Of a stretch of 64,000 nt of DNA, positions 27,144 through 41,127 are shown piece by piece. The notes under the pieces are model-generated. The model made no database searches, was not told the DNA's origin, and saw only the letters and a program-made list of their open reading frames with translations. Source of the stretch: Octopus vulgaris (taxonomy: Eukaryota); NCBI GenBank assembly GCA_951406725.2, contig OX597818.1:126542001-126606000 (forward strand), in the 5' to 3' direction. Position numbers and translations under genes: made by a program. Within the stretch, counting starts at the first letter, position 1, and the number at the start of each line of letters is the position of its first letter.

Positions 27144-27832
27144 GTATATAAAATATAAATAGCAACGGGTAAAAACAAATGTAAATAGGATAGAATAGAT
27201 AGAAATCGTACTGATTAACCTAATGGAAGAATTCAGTTAGAGTAACCTGAATTTTTGGACGGAGACATACCATTAGTCATACGTATATGCATATATGTAT
27301 GCAAGTGTGCATACATATATACATACACACACACGTATACATATATATATATATATATACATATGTGTGTGGGTGTACGTGTGTGTTTGCATATATATAT
27401 TTGTATACGTATAAATATACAAGCATATATTATTACTCTATGCGGTATCAGTGTTTCGTGAATGTGCTTATATAAAACTGTATGTATGTATGTGTGTATG
27501 CGTGTGTGTATGTGTACATGTGTGTATATAGATATACATATATATACATATTCACACGCATACACACGCACAAAATGAAACACCTTTATTCATGCAAGAA
27601 AACCGTTTATTCATATATAGTTGCAAGCATGCATACGGCACGTAAACACACACATACACACACACACACATACACACACACACACACATACACACAAATA
27701 CACACACAAATATACGCTTTTATATATATAGATATATACATGTATTTATATTTACATCTGTATCTCTCTCTATGTATATAGATATGAATGTAAATATGTA
27801 ATTAAATATATATAACTACAAGCATATATATT

Positions 27833-27879
<47 letters not shown>

Positions 27880-28364
27880 ACACACATATATATATACATA
27901 CATACTTGTGTAAGTGTGTATGTCTGCGTGCGAGTGTGTATACGTGTGTGTATGCGTGAAGTGAATATATGAATGCCATTATGAATACAAGTAAATATGT
28001 ATATATATTTACTTATAGCTAAGCAAACTAAAATACTACTATATACACACATATAGATTTAAGTACATACATCCACATATTTGTACGCTCACACACTCAG
28101 ACACAAAGATACGCACAAAATTGGTCTGGGGAGCGATTGACGCAATTCACAAACTCATAAAGACTCCACAATAGCTGAATATTGTATATTTACATTAGAT
28201 CGGTACATCTATTCAGGTTTATAATTTACAAGGGTGATGGGTTTTAGGTTAGGTGAACTAGTACCACAATATAATAATTTGATACATTCTTACATACACA
28301 CATGTATAAACGCTTTTACGTATAGACGTATATATATATATACAACAATATATGTATGTATATA

Positions 28365-28444
<80 letters not shown>

Positions 28445-28445
<1 letters not shown>

Positions 28446-29290
28446 CAGGTCATCCCATAAGTTCTGTCCGAATTTTCAATAAAGAAAATAAGTGATCGAC
28501 TGTTATATTTGATTGAAATTTAATCATCAATGTACTTATCTATGACTTCCTTCCATCTATTTACAAGCTTTTTAATCCCATCAATGTAAAACTCTTTTGG
28601 TCTCAAAGCGAAGAACTTTGAAATATCAGTTTCTACCTCCTCCTGGCTTGCGAAAGTTATGTCCCCCAAATGATTCTGTAAACTACGAAACAAATGGCAG
28701 TCTGAAGGAATAAGGTCGGGAGAATAAAGTGGATGCGAAATTTTTCCCAACCAAACTCTTCGATCTTCTGTGATGTGATCTTTGCAGTGTGGGATCACGC
28801 ATTGTCCCGATGAAACATGAATCTTTTCGATTCACTAAAGCGGGTTTTTTCTTCAAAGCTTGGTTCAAGCACTCTTGTTGCTGACAGTAGACTTGAGCAT
28901 TAATTGTTGCATTAGGTGGTAACAATTCAAAGTGAATTACTCTTTTGCAATCCCACCAGATAGAGAAGAACCTTTTTTCCATGAAGTTCCCTTCTCGAGT
29001 GTGGTTGAGCTTTTACCCTTTTACCAAGCCACTGTTTACGACGTTTAACATTTCGATAGAAGATCCATTTTTCGTCACCGGTCACAAGTCTATCCAAAAA
29101 GGGTGAAATGAGTTCGCGAGAACGGAGAGAAGAGCAGATGTCAACTCGGGATTTGCGGTTGCTTTCGGACAATTCATGAGGCACCCATTTTCAAAGTTTA
29201 GGAAACTTTCTAAGGTGTTGAAGATGACGGTGAACAGTTGCATGGTTTGAACTAACCTTTATTGCCAATTCTTCCACTGATAATGCATGA
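28445..29290 (-). mobile_element. Mariner (DD34D) transposase pseudogene with one TIR
   Basis: WVPHEL, LVTGDEKWIFY, SIWWDCK, HPLYSPDLIPSDCHLFRSLQN, FYIDGIKKLVNRW; terminal tcaggtcatcccataagt next to TA. Confidence 0.92.
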
Positions 29291-29573
29291 TTTTTCTTGC
29301 CTGCAGCAGTTAATCACACGTTTGAATATTAACAAAAAAGTTCACATTTCAGACATTTTTCTTATTAACAAGTCGACTCATTCCCTTCGAGTGAAATTCG
29401 ATAGATGGAAATCTTGTCTTGTAATTCAAGTTTCAGTTATGTCACGCTGCTTCTACTTTAGAATTACGTTAATGGTTAATGAGTTTGTGGAATACGAGGC
29501 CACAATTGCCCCATGGGGGTTGAGTTTATAAACCAAGTTGTACTACAGACAAACACACAGAAATTAGCATTTA

Positions 29574-29670
<97 letters not shown>

Positions 29671-30199
29671 AGTCTCAAGCAAAGCGAAGAGCCACTTAGT
29701 GTAAGGGATTATGAAAAAGTGGAATTTGTTGGTCACTCAACAAATGGTGGCTTGAAATGGGCCGTCGAATCTTTCCCTGTTGATGTTACGAGCAAAAATA
29801 ACAGTTGCGTTGCTGGAAAATTTGTTTTCCTGCTTGTTGAGACTTCGTTCTTATTCGGTTCAGCCAAGTTTTTTTTTACAATAGGACCTTCTTGGCTGCT
29901 GTAAAACAAGAATTCTTCCGTAGCTGTTCTGTGACTTGGTCTATATCTATGGTCACAGAGACAGTTGTACACGTTGGAAAGAATTAATTGATATGCATTC
30001 AATCTTATATCTACAGGCGTCTACCTGTATGTAGTTGTCGCTGTTAGCCCCTTGGTGAAGTAAGTTTACAAACAGTGAGGTAGAAAAAAACAATTTTCAT
30101 TGGGAGGAGGAGTTTGTTGATCCTTTTGTGTTTGCATTTCTTTTTTCTCTTGCTTTGTGTAGGAGGGGAATGGGTGGCTTTGGTGTCTGTGGGTGAGGG

Positions 30200-31300
30200 T
30201 GGGTGAGAGAGGGTATGAGTGGGGTGGGTATGGTTTGGGGTTCTACTTCACTCTGTCCTTTCTAACTCTTCCTTTTTCTTCCTACAGTTACCACCCACTG
30301 TTCTTCGTTTCTCTTTTCTTCCTGTTGCACCTTCTGCTCCTTTCTAACATCCGCCGGACTTCTCGGCTTCTGCAGAGAGCAGTGTACTCTAAAGAGACAT
30401 TTTTGCCCACATTTAAAGCGATTAGGGGTTCTGCTCTCCACCCACACTCTCAACATCTCCAATGGTCACCGTTTCCATCACATTTTCCAGTGTTTCTGCA
30501 GTGCCATGTATGATCAGGTTCAACGTTTGGCCTTTCCATACTGATTTTTTTGTTTCCATGGCTTGGAGTATGGCTATTTCTTCTTTACTTCCTAAAAGAA
30601 CAGCCGCCTCAACCCAAGCCACATCTATTTCCGGTGGGATGCCCTCCACCCTAATTCTGGAAGTCCTTCTTCCAAGATAAGTTGGTAGAAGGACCACTTT
30701 ATCCGACTTTACTGTGGCTACTGTGTAGTCTTTTGCTTTTCCCTCTGACTTGAAATGAACCACAATTGTTCCATATCTGCTTCCTCTGGCAAGATATGTT
30801 ATGTCTTGCCAGACGGAGCACATCGTCTTTTCTATTATTTCTGCTTCAACATTTTCAATTTTCCTTTCTTCTGAGTACACCTTATATATTACTGCTTTTT
30901 TACTCTTCCGATACTTTCTGGGGTGGTGACAACTTAACGTCACCACCTACCCTACATGCCATCTTCTTCATATTTTTCTGTTTGTCAGATCCACCTCCTT
31001 TTTTGTGACATCTGTCACTTCCGCAAAGCTTTTCTTCCTTAAGCATTTCTCTATCTTATCAACTGCTCGTACGAGCTCCCCCTCCGATGAGGACAATTCG
31101 GACCCACTAAGGTCCGAATAGAACATGTTTCTTACTATTGACATTGCTGACCCTCCTCAAGGTGGAGAGAAAGCACAACCAGGAAACCGCTGCAAAGCAG
31201 CACAAGACAGTCGACTACTCCTCACACAATCAGTAAACACAACAGCATGATACGAACTCTATGAGCGAGAAGGGAGAAAGAGAGGCGCGGGGAACGGAGA
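30200..31300 (-). mobile_element. 5' UTR and decayed ORF1 of an L1/Tx1-like LINE
   Basis: ATG at 31144 gives MSIV...KKSFAEV. An RRM-like region follows (GTIVVHFKSE...LLPTYLGRRTSRIRVEGIPPEI) and then a degenerate Zn knuckle (FKCGQKCLFRVHC); frameshifted. Confidence 0.65.
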
Positions 31301-31460
31301 GAGTGAACAAGCTCAAGAGCTCTTTTATATAGGTGTCCTTCCCGAAAGGCTTACTGTCTCGTTGCGCATGCCCACCGGAAGTTTGTGTGATCTCGCTCCG
31401 GTCTCGAGCAGCTAATGTCTGCCAGCGAGATCTCAATATGGCCCGCGCGTCTGTGCGACA
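31300..31460 (-). promoter_or_regulatory. Candidate Pol II core promoter
   Basis: TATATAAAAG (31331-31322), Inr-like TCACTC near 31304, NRF1-like TGCGCATGC (31363-31371) and ETS CCGGAAGT (31375-31382); CpG-rich. Confidence 0.45.
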
Positions 31461-31768
31461 CTGCACTCTCTTCCAACTCATTTTTTATTTCCTTCTTATA
31501 AAACTCTTCCAAGTCTAAAGTGCCAACACATCTGGAGCAAATATGGCTGAACTTGGGGTCATGGAGAGAGAACGCTACTCTTTAATATACAGTACAAATG
31601 ATTACGGTATCTTGGGTTATAGAAACTTGGAAGACCTCCTTTAAGATTCAAAGGACTATGAAAAAAAGTCTTCCTTCACAACTTCGCCACCAAGAAGGTG
31701 GCCGATCAAAATAAACTCTAAATTAAAACGAAAGAGAACACATACACACACACACACGCACACACACA

Positions 31769-31806
<38 letters not shown>

Positions 31807-32077
31807 TAGATATAGGTAGAAATGAATATACATATATGTGCGTTTGTGTGTATCTATACACACACGTACGCATACATATACATACATGTATACAGAGATG
31901 TACATGTACAAATATTTGTGAGTGCGTGTGTGTGTTTGCATGTGTGTGTGTGTCTGCGTGGTGCATGCTTGCATGTTTGCGTGTGTGTGTGCGTGTGTGT
32001 TTGTATGCGTGCGTGCTTGTGTGTGTGTGTGCGTGTTTGCGTGCGTGCTTATGTGCGTGCGTGCTTGAGTGTGTGTA

Positions 32078-32149
<72 letters not shown>

Positions 32150-33347
32150 TGTGTGTGCGCGTGTGTGTGTGTGTGTGTGTGAATTTACCAGCGAGCGAAA
32201 AAAAAAAACAAACGCCTGCAATAGGAATAAACGCGTTTATATATTTATTAAAAGACGACGCTGTGAGTCGCTACTCGGCGTTTCGCGTTTCCGTTTTCAC
32301 CAAGGTGAAAGGGGAATCGCGAACACGAGTAAGTTTTCTCTCTTTCTTTCACTCTCTCGTCTCTCTTTCCCTCTGTCCCCCTCTCTCACTCCCCCCTCCC
32401 TTGCTCTCGCACACGCCCTCGCTTGTAAATATATGTTTTTTTTCCTTTGATTTTGATGCTACTGCTATTAGCGGTGTTGTTGTTGTTCACTATTGTCCTC
32501 GCTGCTGTATTGAGTTCTAACGAAGGAAACATATTGATAATTCTCTCCAACTTCCCTTGGCACGATCGTAATTATCACATCTAAATCAAGTGACTAAGTG
32601 GGTCGGAATTTATCAATATTCTATTTAATTCTTCTCCGACCCTATCCTCATCGCCATCTTTTATCTTTCTATCAATTTTGTTATTCATGAATTTGTTTTG
32701 TTTTTTTTCTTAGTTCCATGCAAATGAAGAGGCAAGCCCTGTGCGTATTTTTTTCCTGTCATTTTGTTGTTGATGCAACTGTTATTGATGTTGATGCTGC
32801 TCGCCTTTCTTTTTAACTCACTTTGATTTTAGTGATGTTTTTTTTTTGCGTTGTTATTCTTAACTCTTTATTTTTTGTTTTCTTTGCTGTTGTGGTTGTT
32901 GATGTTGCTTTTACGGTTTCCTTTCTAATTATTTCGCTGGTTCTGTTGTTGCTGTTATTGTTGGTGTTGTGTCCTTTGAGTTGTTGGCTGTTGACGTTTC
33001 TGTCTTTTATTGTTGTTAGTTTTATTATTGCTCATTTCGTTATTTCACAAGATATTTTTGTTGTTGTTGTTGTTTTGTTGTAGCTCTTGTTTTCACTACG
33101 TGAGCCCCGATCGCATAGACTGATAATCATCGGCATTCAAACGATGTTTATATCATTGTTCTTCGGACTTAGTCTATCTGGGATTATATTATTAAGTCTG
33201 TATTTATTTTTTTCAAAGCCAGCACAGTTTATAATATGAAGAAACAAAATGACGATTATTTCAAATTGATCAATCAACAAGATACAAGCTTCCTCCTATG
33301 TGAACTATTTGCATTGTTTTTATCACCGTTATTATCAATGCCATTTT

Positions 33348-33480
33348 TAGGGCGGTGAAAAGATTAAAGTGTCGGGGAAATGCTTTGCAGTATTTGTTCC
33401 GGCTCTTTTTGTTCTGCGTTAAAAATTGACCGAAGGCAACTTTGCTTTCATCCCTCCGGTATCAATAAAATGAAGTACTA
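33348..33480 (+). mobile_element. SINE family B, diverged
   Basis: ggcggtgaa...gaaggcaactttgctttcatccctccggtatcaataaaatgaagtac. Confidence 0.65.
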
Positions 33481-33750
33481 ATAACGCTCAAATAAGCGGA
33501 AATCAGGGATTTAGCAATTTCACCGTCGCTACTGAACGCTTTTCGTCTACTTCTTATATACTTCTGTGCTTTTTAACACAATACGTCTACACAGGATTCT
33601 TTCTCGAGACAAATACCGCAGTTGTGTGGCTTTCTTCGTTAAGTCAGATATATAGAATACTATTCTGAACTAATACTGCCTCCGTCGCATGTATGTATGT
33701 ATATATGTTCATATACATATATACATACATATATAAACAGACAGGCAGGC

Positions 33751-33781
<31 letters not shown>

Positions 33782-33790
33782 TAGACAGAC

Positions 33791-33866
<76 letters not shown>

Positions 33867-33889
33867 GATTGATAGATAGATAGATGATT

Positions 33890-33969
<80 letters not shown>

Positions 33970-34146
33970 TGTATGTATGCATGTTTGAATTAAATATCGT
34001 CTACACCTATATATATTTTTCCTTTCCTTAATCTTTATTGATTTTGCAAATACTGAATATATATTTATATATATTCTTTGCTTGGATTGTGCCGGTGGAC
34101 TTGGATGTTTGATATCCCTTTGAAGAATTTCGATGCTCACCTCCTT

Positions 34147-34194
<48 letters not shown>

Positions 34195-34218
34195 TGTGTG
34201 TGTGTGTGTGTGTGTGTA

Positions 34219-35091
34219 CAGGGTGGGTTAAAAGTAAGTAAACATTAAAAATTGGTAATAAAATCCATAATACTTCTACATATTTATTGAAACAAACGAT
34301 ACAAGTTCTTTACTATATGGGAAAACTGAAAGTAAATCTTCATATTTCAGCGTAACCACTAGTGGCATCAACCAGCTTCCACAAACGGCCAGAAATGGAA
34401 TGAACAAACTTCTGAAGGATATCATTTTGCATATCACTAAGAACCTCCTGAATCCGTGTCTCCAAGTCTCCTGTGTGCGAGGTTTTGTCTTGTGCACCTT
34501 CTCTTTTGTGTAACCCCATTGGTAAAAATCACATGGTGTGAGATCTGGACTTTTTGTAGTTCTGGACTTCTGTAGTCAAAGACTTCTGGTTTTAGCTCCT
34601 GCACAAAGTGGGATTTCCACGGATGGAAAATCAATTCTTTGTGCAACACTGTATATATTATTTGTCGTGTTAGTTCACTTTCACGTGTTGATTTTTGCGG
34701 GCTGCGATTAAACATTTTCTGCAATGTTGCCACGTTCTCCCCTGATCGGAATGTCGTTGGACGGTCACTTCTTGCATCGTTCACAGAGCACGTGGTTGTC
34801 AACTTTTTATTGTCTCCGGACGTAATGTTGCCTGCTTACCTTTCCATGCATGCCACCATCTCTGAACCAAAACAATGGAATTCCACACTTCATAGCGTGC
34901 TGCTATCTTAGCTTGCTCCCGAACAGTCAACCGACCGGCCATCTGGAAAATATGATATAAGAAATAAGTCAATAAGAAAATAAGAAATCCTCATTAGTGT
35001 TGTCTGTTTAAAAAAAATTTCGTAATGACTTGAGCGATACAAAAATTTCTATAGGCAATTTCTAATACCTAGTTACTTTCCACCCACCCTG
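34219..35091 (-). mobile_element. Tc1/mariner-superfamily element with both TIRs and TA TSD, internally deleted
   Basis: TA|cagggtgggttaaaagtaa ... ttactttccacccaccctg|TA; transposase remnant RSDRPTTFRSGENV...RSPQKSTR...FHPWKSHFVQELKPE. Confidence 0.88.
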
Positions 35092-35924
35092 TATATACAT
35101 ACACATATATACTTCCTAATCGTGTTGGCGAATGAAATGTGGACACTGCATTAAAGATGTAATATAAATAAACGTCAACTTATTTCTACATATGTATATG
35201 GACTGTGGGTATATTTGATCCGATATGCTTGTTTCTACAATAAAAAGAAACCTTGTCAGCTATAATTATAAAATTATAAAAATATGTTTCCGGTCGGAAT
35301 CATTGACAAAGTAATACGTCAGTATTTGTCGTATCCAGAGGGAATGCAGTTTAAGACGTAAGTGGTGGGGAAAAAACCGAATACTTACAATATGAGCAAA
35401 ACGTTAAAGAAAGGGAAAGCAGAAATTAAAAGTACAAAGAAATAGTGATATTTATCAGGTGATATGGTTTTAAATTGAAGTATATTTTAGGTTCACGCCT
35501 ATAGATTATATATCAATAAAAGAAGGAGCAATAAAAATATCGTTTTATCATTTCGGGGATCAAATATCAATACCCTATATGAAATAACGTCCTATGTGTA
35601 TGAGTGTGAAAGACAAAGAGAGTGAATAATTGAGAGAGAGAGAGAAGGGGGAGAGAGAGAGAAAGTTAGAGATAGAGAGAAGAGAAAATGTGTAAGTGTA
35701 AAACGAATTAGAGAAACAGAGCAAGGGAAAAAGCGATAGAAAGATAAAAGAGACCATGTACTTGGGATTGTGTGTGTGTGTGTGTGAGAGGGAACAAGAC
35801 AAAGGGAGAGACCGAGAGTGAGCGAAACATTTAGAGTGACAGTACAAGAGCAGAAGAGTAAGAGAGATAGAGGTTAAGAGTATAATTTAGATATAGAAAG
35901 CGCAGAAAAGCCGACAAGCAGGAT

Positions 35925-36408
35925 AGGGTTATATAGATCTTAAAAAGAGCCTCATTATCAATGGAACACGCTATGCCAAGTTACTGAGGCAGTTACAAAA
36001 GGCTCTCAAAACCAAATGCCCAGGAAAACTGACGAAAGGTGTCTTGTTTCATCAGGATAATGCTCCAACACAAACGTTGTTGGTTTCAATGGCTGTTGCG
36101 CGTGACTGTCGCTTTGAACTGGTTGATCACACACTCTATTCTCTTGATCTAATCCATCTGACAGTTATCCCGAACATGAAAAAAACACTTGGCTGGGAAC
36201 CAGTATCTCAGTGATGATGACGTCATATCTGCTGTTGATGACGTTTTTGTCCAGCTGGATGAAAGCACCTTCACTTATGGGATTCAAGCGCTGTAACACA
36301 GATGGAAGTGTTGGACCGTAAAGGGGACTATGCTGAAAACTAAACCTCATTTGGTCAGATGCGATGAAAGTATCTTAGTCAATCAAAGAAATTTTTAGCC
36401 GACCTCGT
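35925..36408 (+). mobile_element. Mariner transposase C-terminal fragment with TIR
   Basis: YAKLLRQL...KGVLFHQDNAP...ELVDHTLYSLDL...MKKHLAG...GIQAL*HRW; ends ...ttttagccgacctcg|TA. Confidence 0.88.
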
Positions 36409-37565
36409 ATATGCCGGAGTTGTGAGCATATGTATACGTGTGCGCACGCGTGAGCGCGTATGTATTGTCACTAGGTAGTGTATTTTAGGTCCATTCTTCC
36501 TGTATTTAATTCACATAGGTATACTAACCTAGCACTGAATATTTGTTGAATTAATTTCTTAGAGATTAACTAATTTGCTTACAAAATTTAAAATTTATTG
36601 TTTATATTCTTATGCATCTATATATAGAGCGGTGCTATATTGTGTTCTTGAGCCAAACGCTTCCTCTCACAATGTTCCCCTCTTCTCAGCTGTAAATGGA
36701 TAACCATGTGATAAATTGGTTTCTGTTCAGAGGGAATGTTGACCTGCCTGCCTACCCGCTTACTAGCGAGGTGGCATCATTCGAAAGCTAACGATACTGC
36801 GCATTGTGACCAGCAGTGTATAACAATATCCCATAGTCTGGTCGATATAATTATATAGTCAAATCGGTAACGAACGGCGAGTTAAAGATAAAAAACAAAA
36901 ATAACAAAAGTCAAACAGACGTAGACCGTGAATATATTCTTTTGACGCTCTGTGAAAGTTTTAGAAGTGAAATTAGAAGTAACAAAATGACGTTTCAAGC
37001 ATGATTCTTTGTTGGATAATGGAAGAAAGTCCAGAGAAGAGGGAAAAGGCAGAAGGAACGGACAGTAACGGGGAAAGCATGTGAGTTGCTATATGGTGTG
37101 TTTGTGAGTGTATGTGTTTGTTTCTAGCAGGCATATACGCGTGGATAAATATTACGGAAATGATATACGAGGGACTTCATAAACCCAAATTTAGTGTTAC
37201 TGTACTAGACTAATCTGTGTACAAATCACAAAAGCGTTGGTAACTAAAGTTGACGATCGATACGATTAATATTTGCCTTTCCCGGGACTAATCAAGGGGC
37301 GCTATCCTCGCTTATCACGCAGACTTATAAATTATGTAAATGATTTATTGCTGACGTAAAATAGTTTACATACCATTACTAGGTTGCTAGTCTAGGTTTT
37401 ATAGCAAAAACATAAATATAGACTGGTTAGGAATGTATACATACAAACACATATATGTGTGTATGTATATGAGTGTCAACATATTTAAGTATATACAAAT
37501 ATATATACATACATACATGCATACATACACACACACACACACATGTATGTATGTATGTATGTATG

Positions 37566-37608
<43 letters not shown>

Positions 37609-38109
37609 TAATGCATAATCTCTCTCTCTCTTTCTCTCTCCCTCTTATAAACGTCTATTTATTAAAGTGGAAAAATCATCAGAATGACCATTCATTTTTC
37701 AAATACAATATATATATATATATATAATATATGTATGTATATAATATAGATATAGATATATTTATACATACATGTTTACATATATTGACATAGATAAGCT
37801 TACATACGAATGTGTGTGTGTGTGTGTGTGTAAACTCACAAAATTTATGAATGACTGCGTGGGTGTACAAAATATGGAACTAAAAATAACAAATAAGGAC
37901 CCAAGGTCCCCTGGGATAACTAAGATCCTTTTAAATCTTATACAATGTTAAAAAGATTATCGTATTTCATTTAGTCACATCACTAACATATTTCACTGAC
38001 AAGACCCCTTTCAAGTGTGATTTCTATTTTCTTATAAACATAACACATCTACAAACACCGCAACTTCAGACGGGTATGTTTCATCTTGGTGCTGGCAAAA
38101 TATATTTGT

Positions 38110-38161
<52 letters not shown>

Positions 38162-38189
38162 ATATATAGATAAATTGATAGATAGAAAC

Positions 38190-38246
<57 letters not shown>

Positions 38247-38874
38247 AAGACAGACAGACGGAAAGAAAGAAAGCAAGAAAGCAAGAAAGAAAGAAAGAAA
38301 GAAAGAAGGAAAGGAAGAAAGAAAAGAGGAAGGAAAGAAGGAAGGAAGGAAGGAAGGAAGGAAGAAAGAAAGAGAGAAAGAAAGAGAAACAGACAGACCG
38401 ACAGACAGATATACAGTCAGGAAGATAGTAATATATATTCAGAGATACTTGCTTAGATATGAAGCAGACATCTACACACGCATACATATACACATTCAGA
38501 CTAAGGTGTTTATAAGTGTACATACATATGCATTCTTTCATATATATATACATACACATACTCATGTATACATACATATGGATGCATGGATAAAAACAAA
38601 TGTGTATAGACATATGCATATACAAACTTATACAAACATAGACGCATACATGAAAGATGCCTATTGCGCATATGTTTAAAAAATTATCTGTCATAAACCA
38701 CCCAGGTGGATACTGAACCAACAAGAAATGTCAACAACCTGCTCTGTGGATTCGTATATTTAGCTGACATCCTGAAGTATAAAAAGAAACTACATTCATT
38801 TTTATACAAATCACATCTTTGATGTAACACAGAAAGCAAAGAATTTTCGAGATCGAACGACCTGCTTAGAAATA

Positions 38875-39395
38875 CAGTATTTTCCGGTGAACAAATCGAA
38901 TGTTTCTGCCCAATATTTATTTCCCAAACAAGGAGGTCAACTTATTCACCCAGACGGCTACAGAGGAGGAAAAACTCCATGTGAATGCAAGAGGATTTGA
39001 AAAGATGGTGACGTTGTTTGAATGTTTACATTTCTGGTGCACATGGCGGCGTATAACATAAAATTTAGTTGCCTGTTATTTTTATTTATATTTACTTTGT
39101 GTTCATATAGATGTGCAATTATAATCATAAATAAAGGCAAATATAAAAAAATAGAATTTAAAGTATTTAAACATTACTTCCAATGGAAATTGTTGTTTTT
39201 TTCTTTATTTCGACTCCTTTTCAGCTGATTACAAAATATTCCATTTTTCTCTGTAGAGAAAAATTTCAGGCAGAATGGTTATTCGAGATAAAGGGGGTCA
39301 AATTATACGGTGAGTATAGACTTAAACACTTATTTTTTACTGAAAAATCTAACTCGACTTATATACAACGTCGACTTGTATGCCGGAAAATATAG
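38875..39395. mobile_element. Pogo/Tc2-like MITE with TA TSD
   Basis: TA|cagtattttccggtgaacaaatcga ... tcgacttgtatgccggaaaatatag|TA, with subterminal gtcgacttata repeats. It splits gaaata/gcagccaaat of an older repeat. Confidence 0.75.
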
Positions 39396-39654
39396 TAGCA
39401 GCCAAATCTCCTATGAATCTAACCCTAGAAGGATTATTGCGGCTCTTGCATCTGCAAGCCTGGTTAATTTCTTCAAACCACTAAGAAAGGTCCCCGCTCT
39501 CCAAGCCACCGATGTTTCTCGCAGTGAAAAACAACCGACTAGGACTGATACAACTTGGCACTTTTGTCGTTGCAGATGCTGCTATCAGAACGTAAAGAGC
39601 TGGACAGTATTCAGCCTAACCTTATAGATGTGTAAATTTAGAGCCCTAGACAGG

Positions 39655-39787
39655 CACGTTCTTATTAACCACGGAAAGATAAAAGGTAAAGTTGACTTCG
39701 TTGGAAATTGAACTGAGAGCGCAGAGTCGGAAAAAATACCGCGAAGCATTCTATCCAATCTCCTAAAGACTCTGCCAATTCGCTGCT
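39655..39787 (-). mobile_element. SINE family B, diverged
   Basis: aaaggtaaagttgacttcgttggaaattgaactgaga...ctctgccaattcgctgc. Confidence 0.65.
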
Positions 39788-40128
39788 TTCAACTCAAATC
39801 CAACCACCTTAATAAAAACAATGATGCATTGGACAGATACGTTATAGACATACAATAACACCGTATTGTCATGCAGGAAATTCTTTCGATCAGAGATATG
39901 CTCAGCTAGTGCTGACGAAAGGATAAATATCCTCAAGTTGTATTGAACTTATTGCAAGCTGTAGTGAAAGGCATATCGCCCCGTCCGTGGGTGACTCCAA
40001 TAGCATATCAGTTTTTCTACGAGAAGTTATCGCTTGTATCTCACCCAACCGCTCTCCCATTTCTAGAGGGGCGTTGTAAGTGGTTTGTCATGACACTTCT
40101 CAAAACAAATCGATTGAAAGAGAGATAT

Positions 40129-40174
<46 letters not shown>

Positions 40175-40399
40175 AGATAAAAGAACAGAAGTTGTGGCCA
40201 AATATGCAGTATGACTTAAAACGAAAAAGAAATCCAATGGAATTTTCACAGATGCAACGCTTTTGGTGACAAGGTTGGTAGATCAGAGTTGACCTGGTGC
40301 TAAACAACACTAGTAAAAACACCATGAGACACGAAATAGGACTTCTTTGCCATCGATAGCAAGTTTCAAAATTTTGAAGCGTTAGAGGGAGGACATTGG

Positions 40400-40710
40400 G
40401 TGAAGGCGACCGGATCTGTGAAGCACGGGTAATTGGATTCTTCACGACGACAATGCACTGAGCTCTCCTTGTTCATGAGTTTCTAGCCAAAAACAACGTT
40501 GCATCGCTTCCGCACTTGCCTTATTCGCACCTGCATACTTCCATCTCTTCCCTATCATGAAAATGCAGTTCAAAGGTGGCTGTTTGCACACCGTTGTCGA
40601 GATTCAGAGCGAATCGCAGAAGGTCTTCTACATGCTTACGGAAAACAACTTCCAGGCTGGATTCCAAAAGTGGCATGAACGCTGGTTCCAGTGTAATAGT
40701 GCGTAAGGTC
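40400..40710 (+). mobile_element. Mariner transposase fragment
   Basis: WILHDDNA...EFLAKNNVASLPHLPYS...MKMQFKG...FQAGFQKWHERW. Confidence 0.8.
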
Positions 40711-41062
40711 AATATTTCGCTGTATTTTGCAATTAATTTCAATTATTCCCAAAATTTATTCCCATGTTTTCAGTACTGCGATCGTTTTCGGCGACTTTTC
40801 GTGACGAATTGTTTTGTATGATAACAATTTTTATAACATGGAAATAAGTTTGGGGAATAATTGAAATTATTTGTAAAATCCAGCGAATATTTTCGGCGAT
40901 ATTTTTAGGAGATTTTTTTTTTGCAATGAATATGATCATCATTGGGATATGACTCTGGAGGAAGCAATTGCAATGAATTCTCCAAAACAAGACAGAGATC
41001 TGTTTGCAGATCTTCCCATTCGGGGTCAGTAGCTTAAACGCTATATACTAACTTAAAAGCCG

Positions 41063-41121
<59 letters not shown>

Positions 41122-41127
<6 letters not shown>

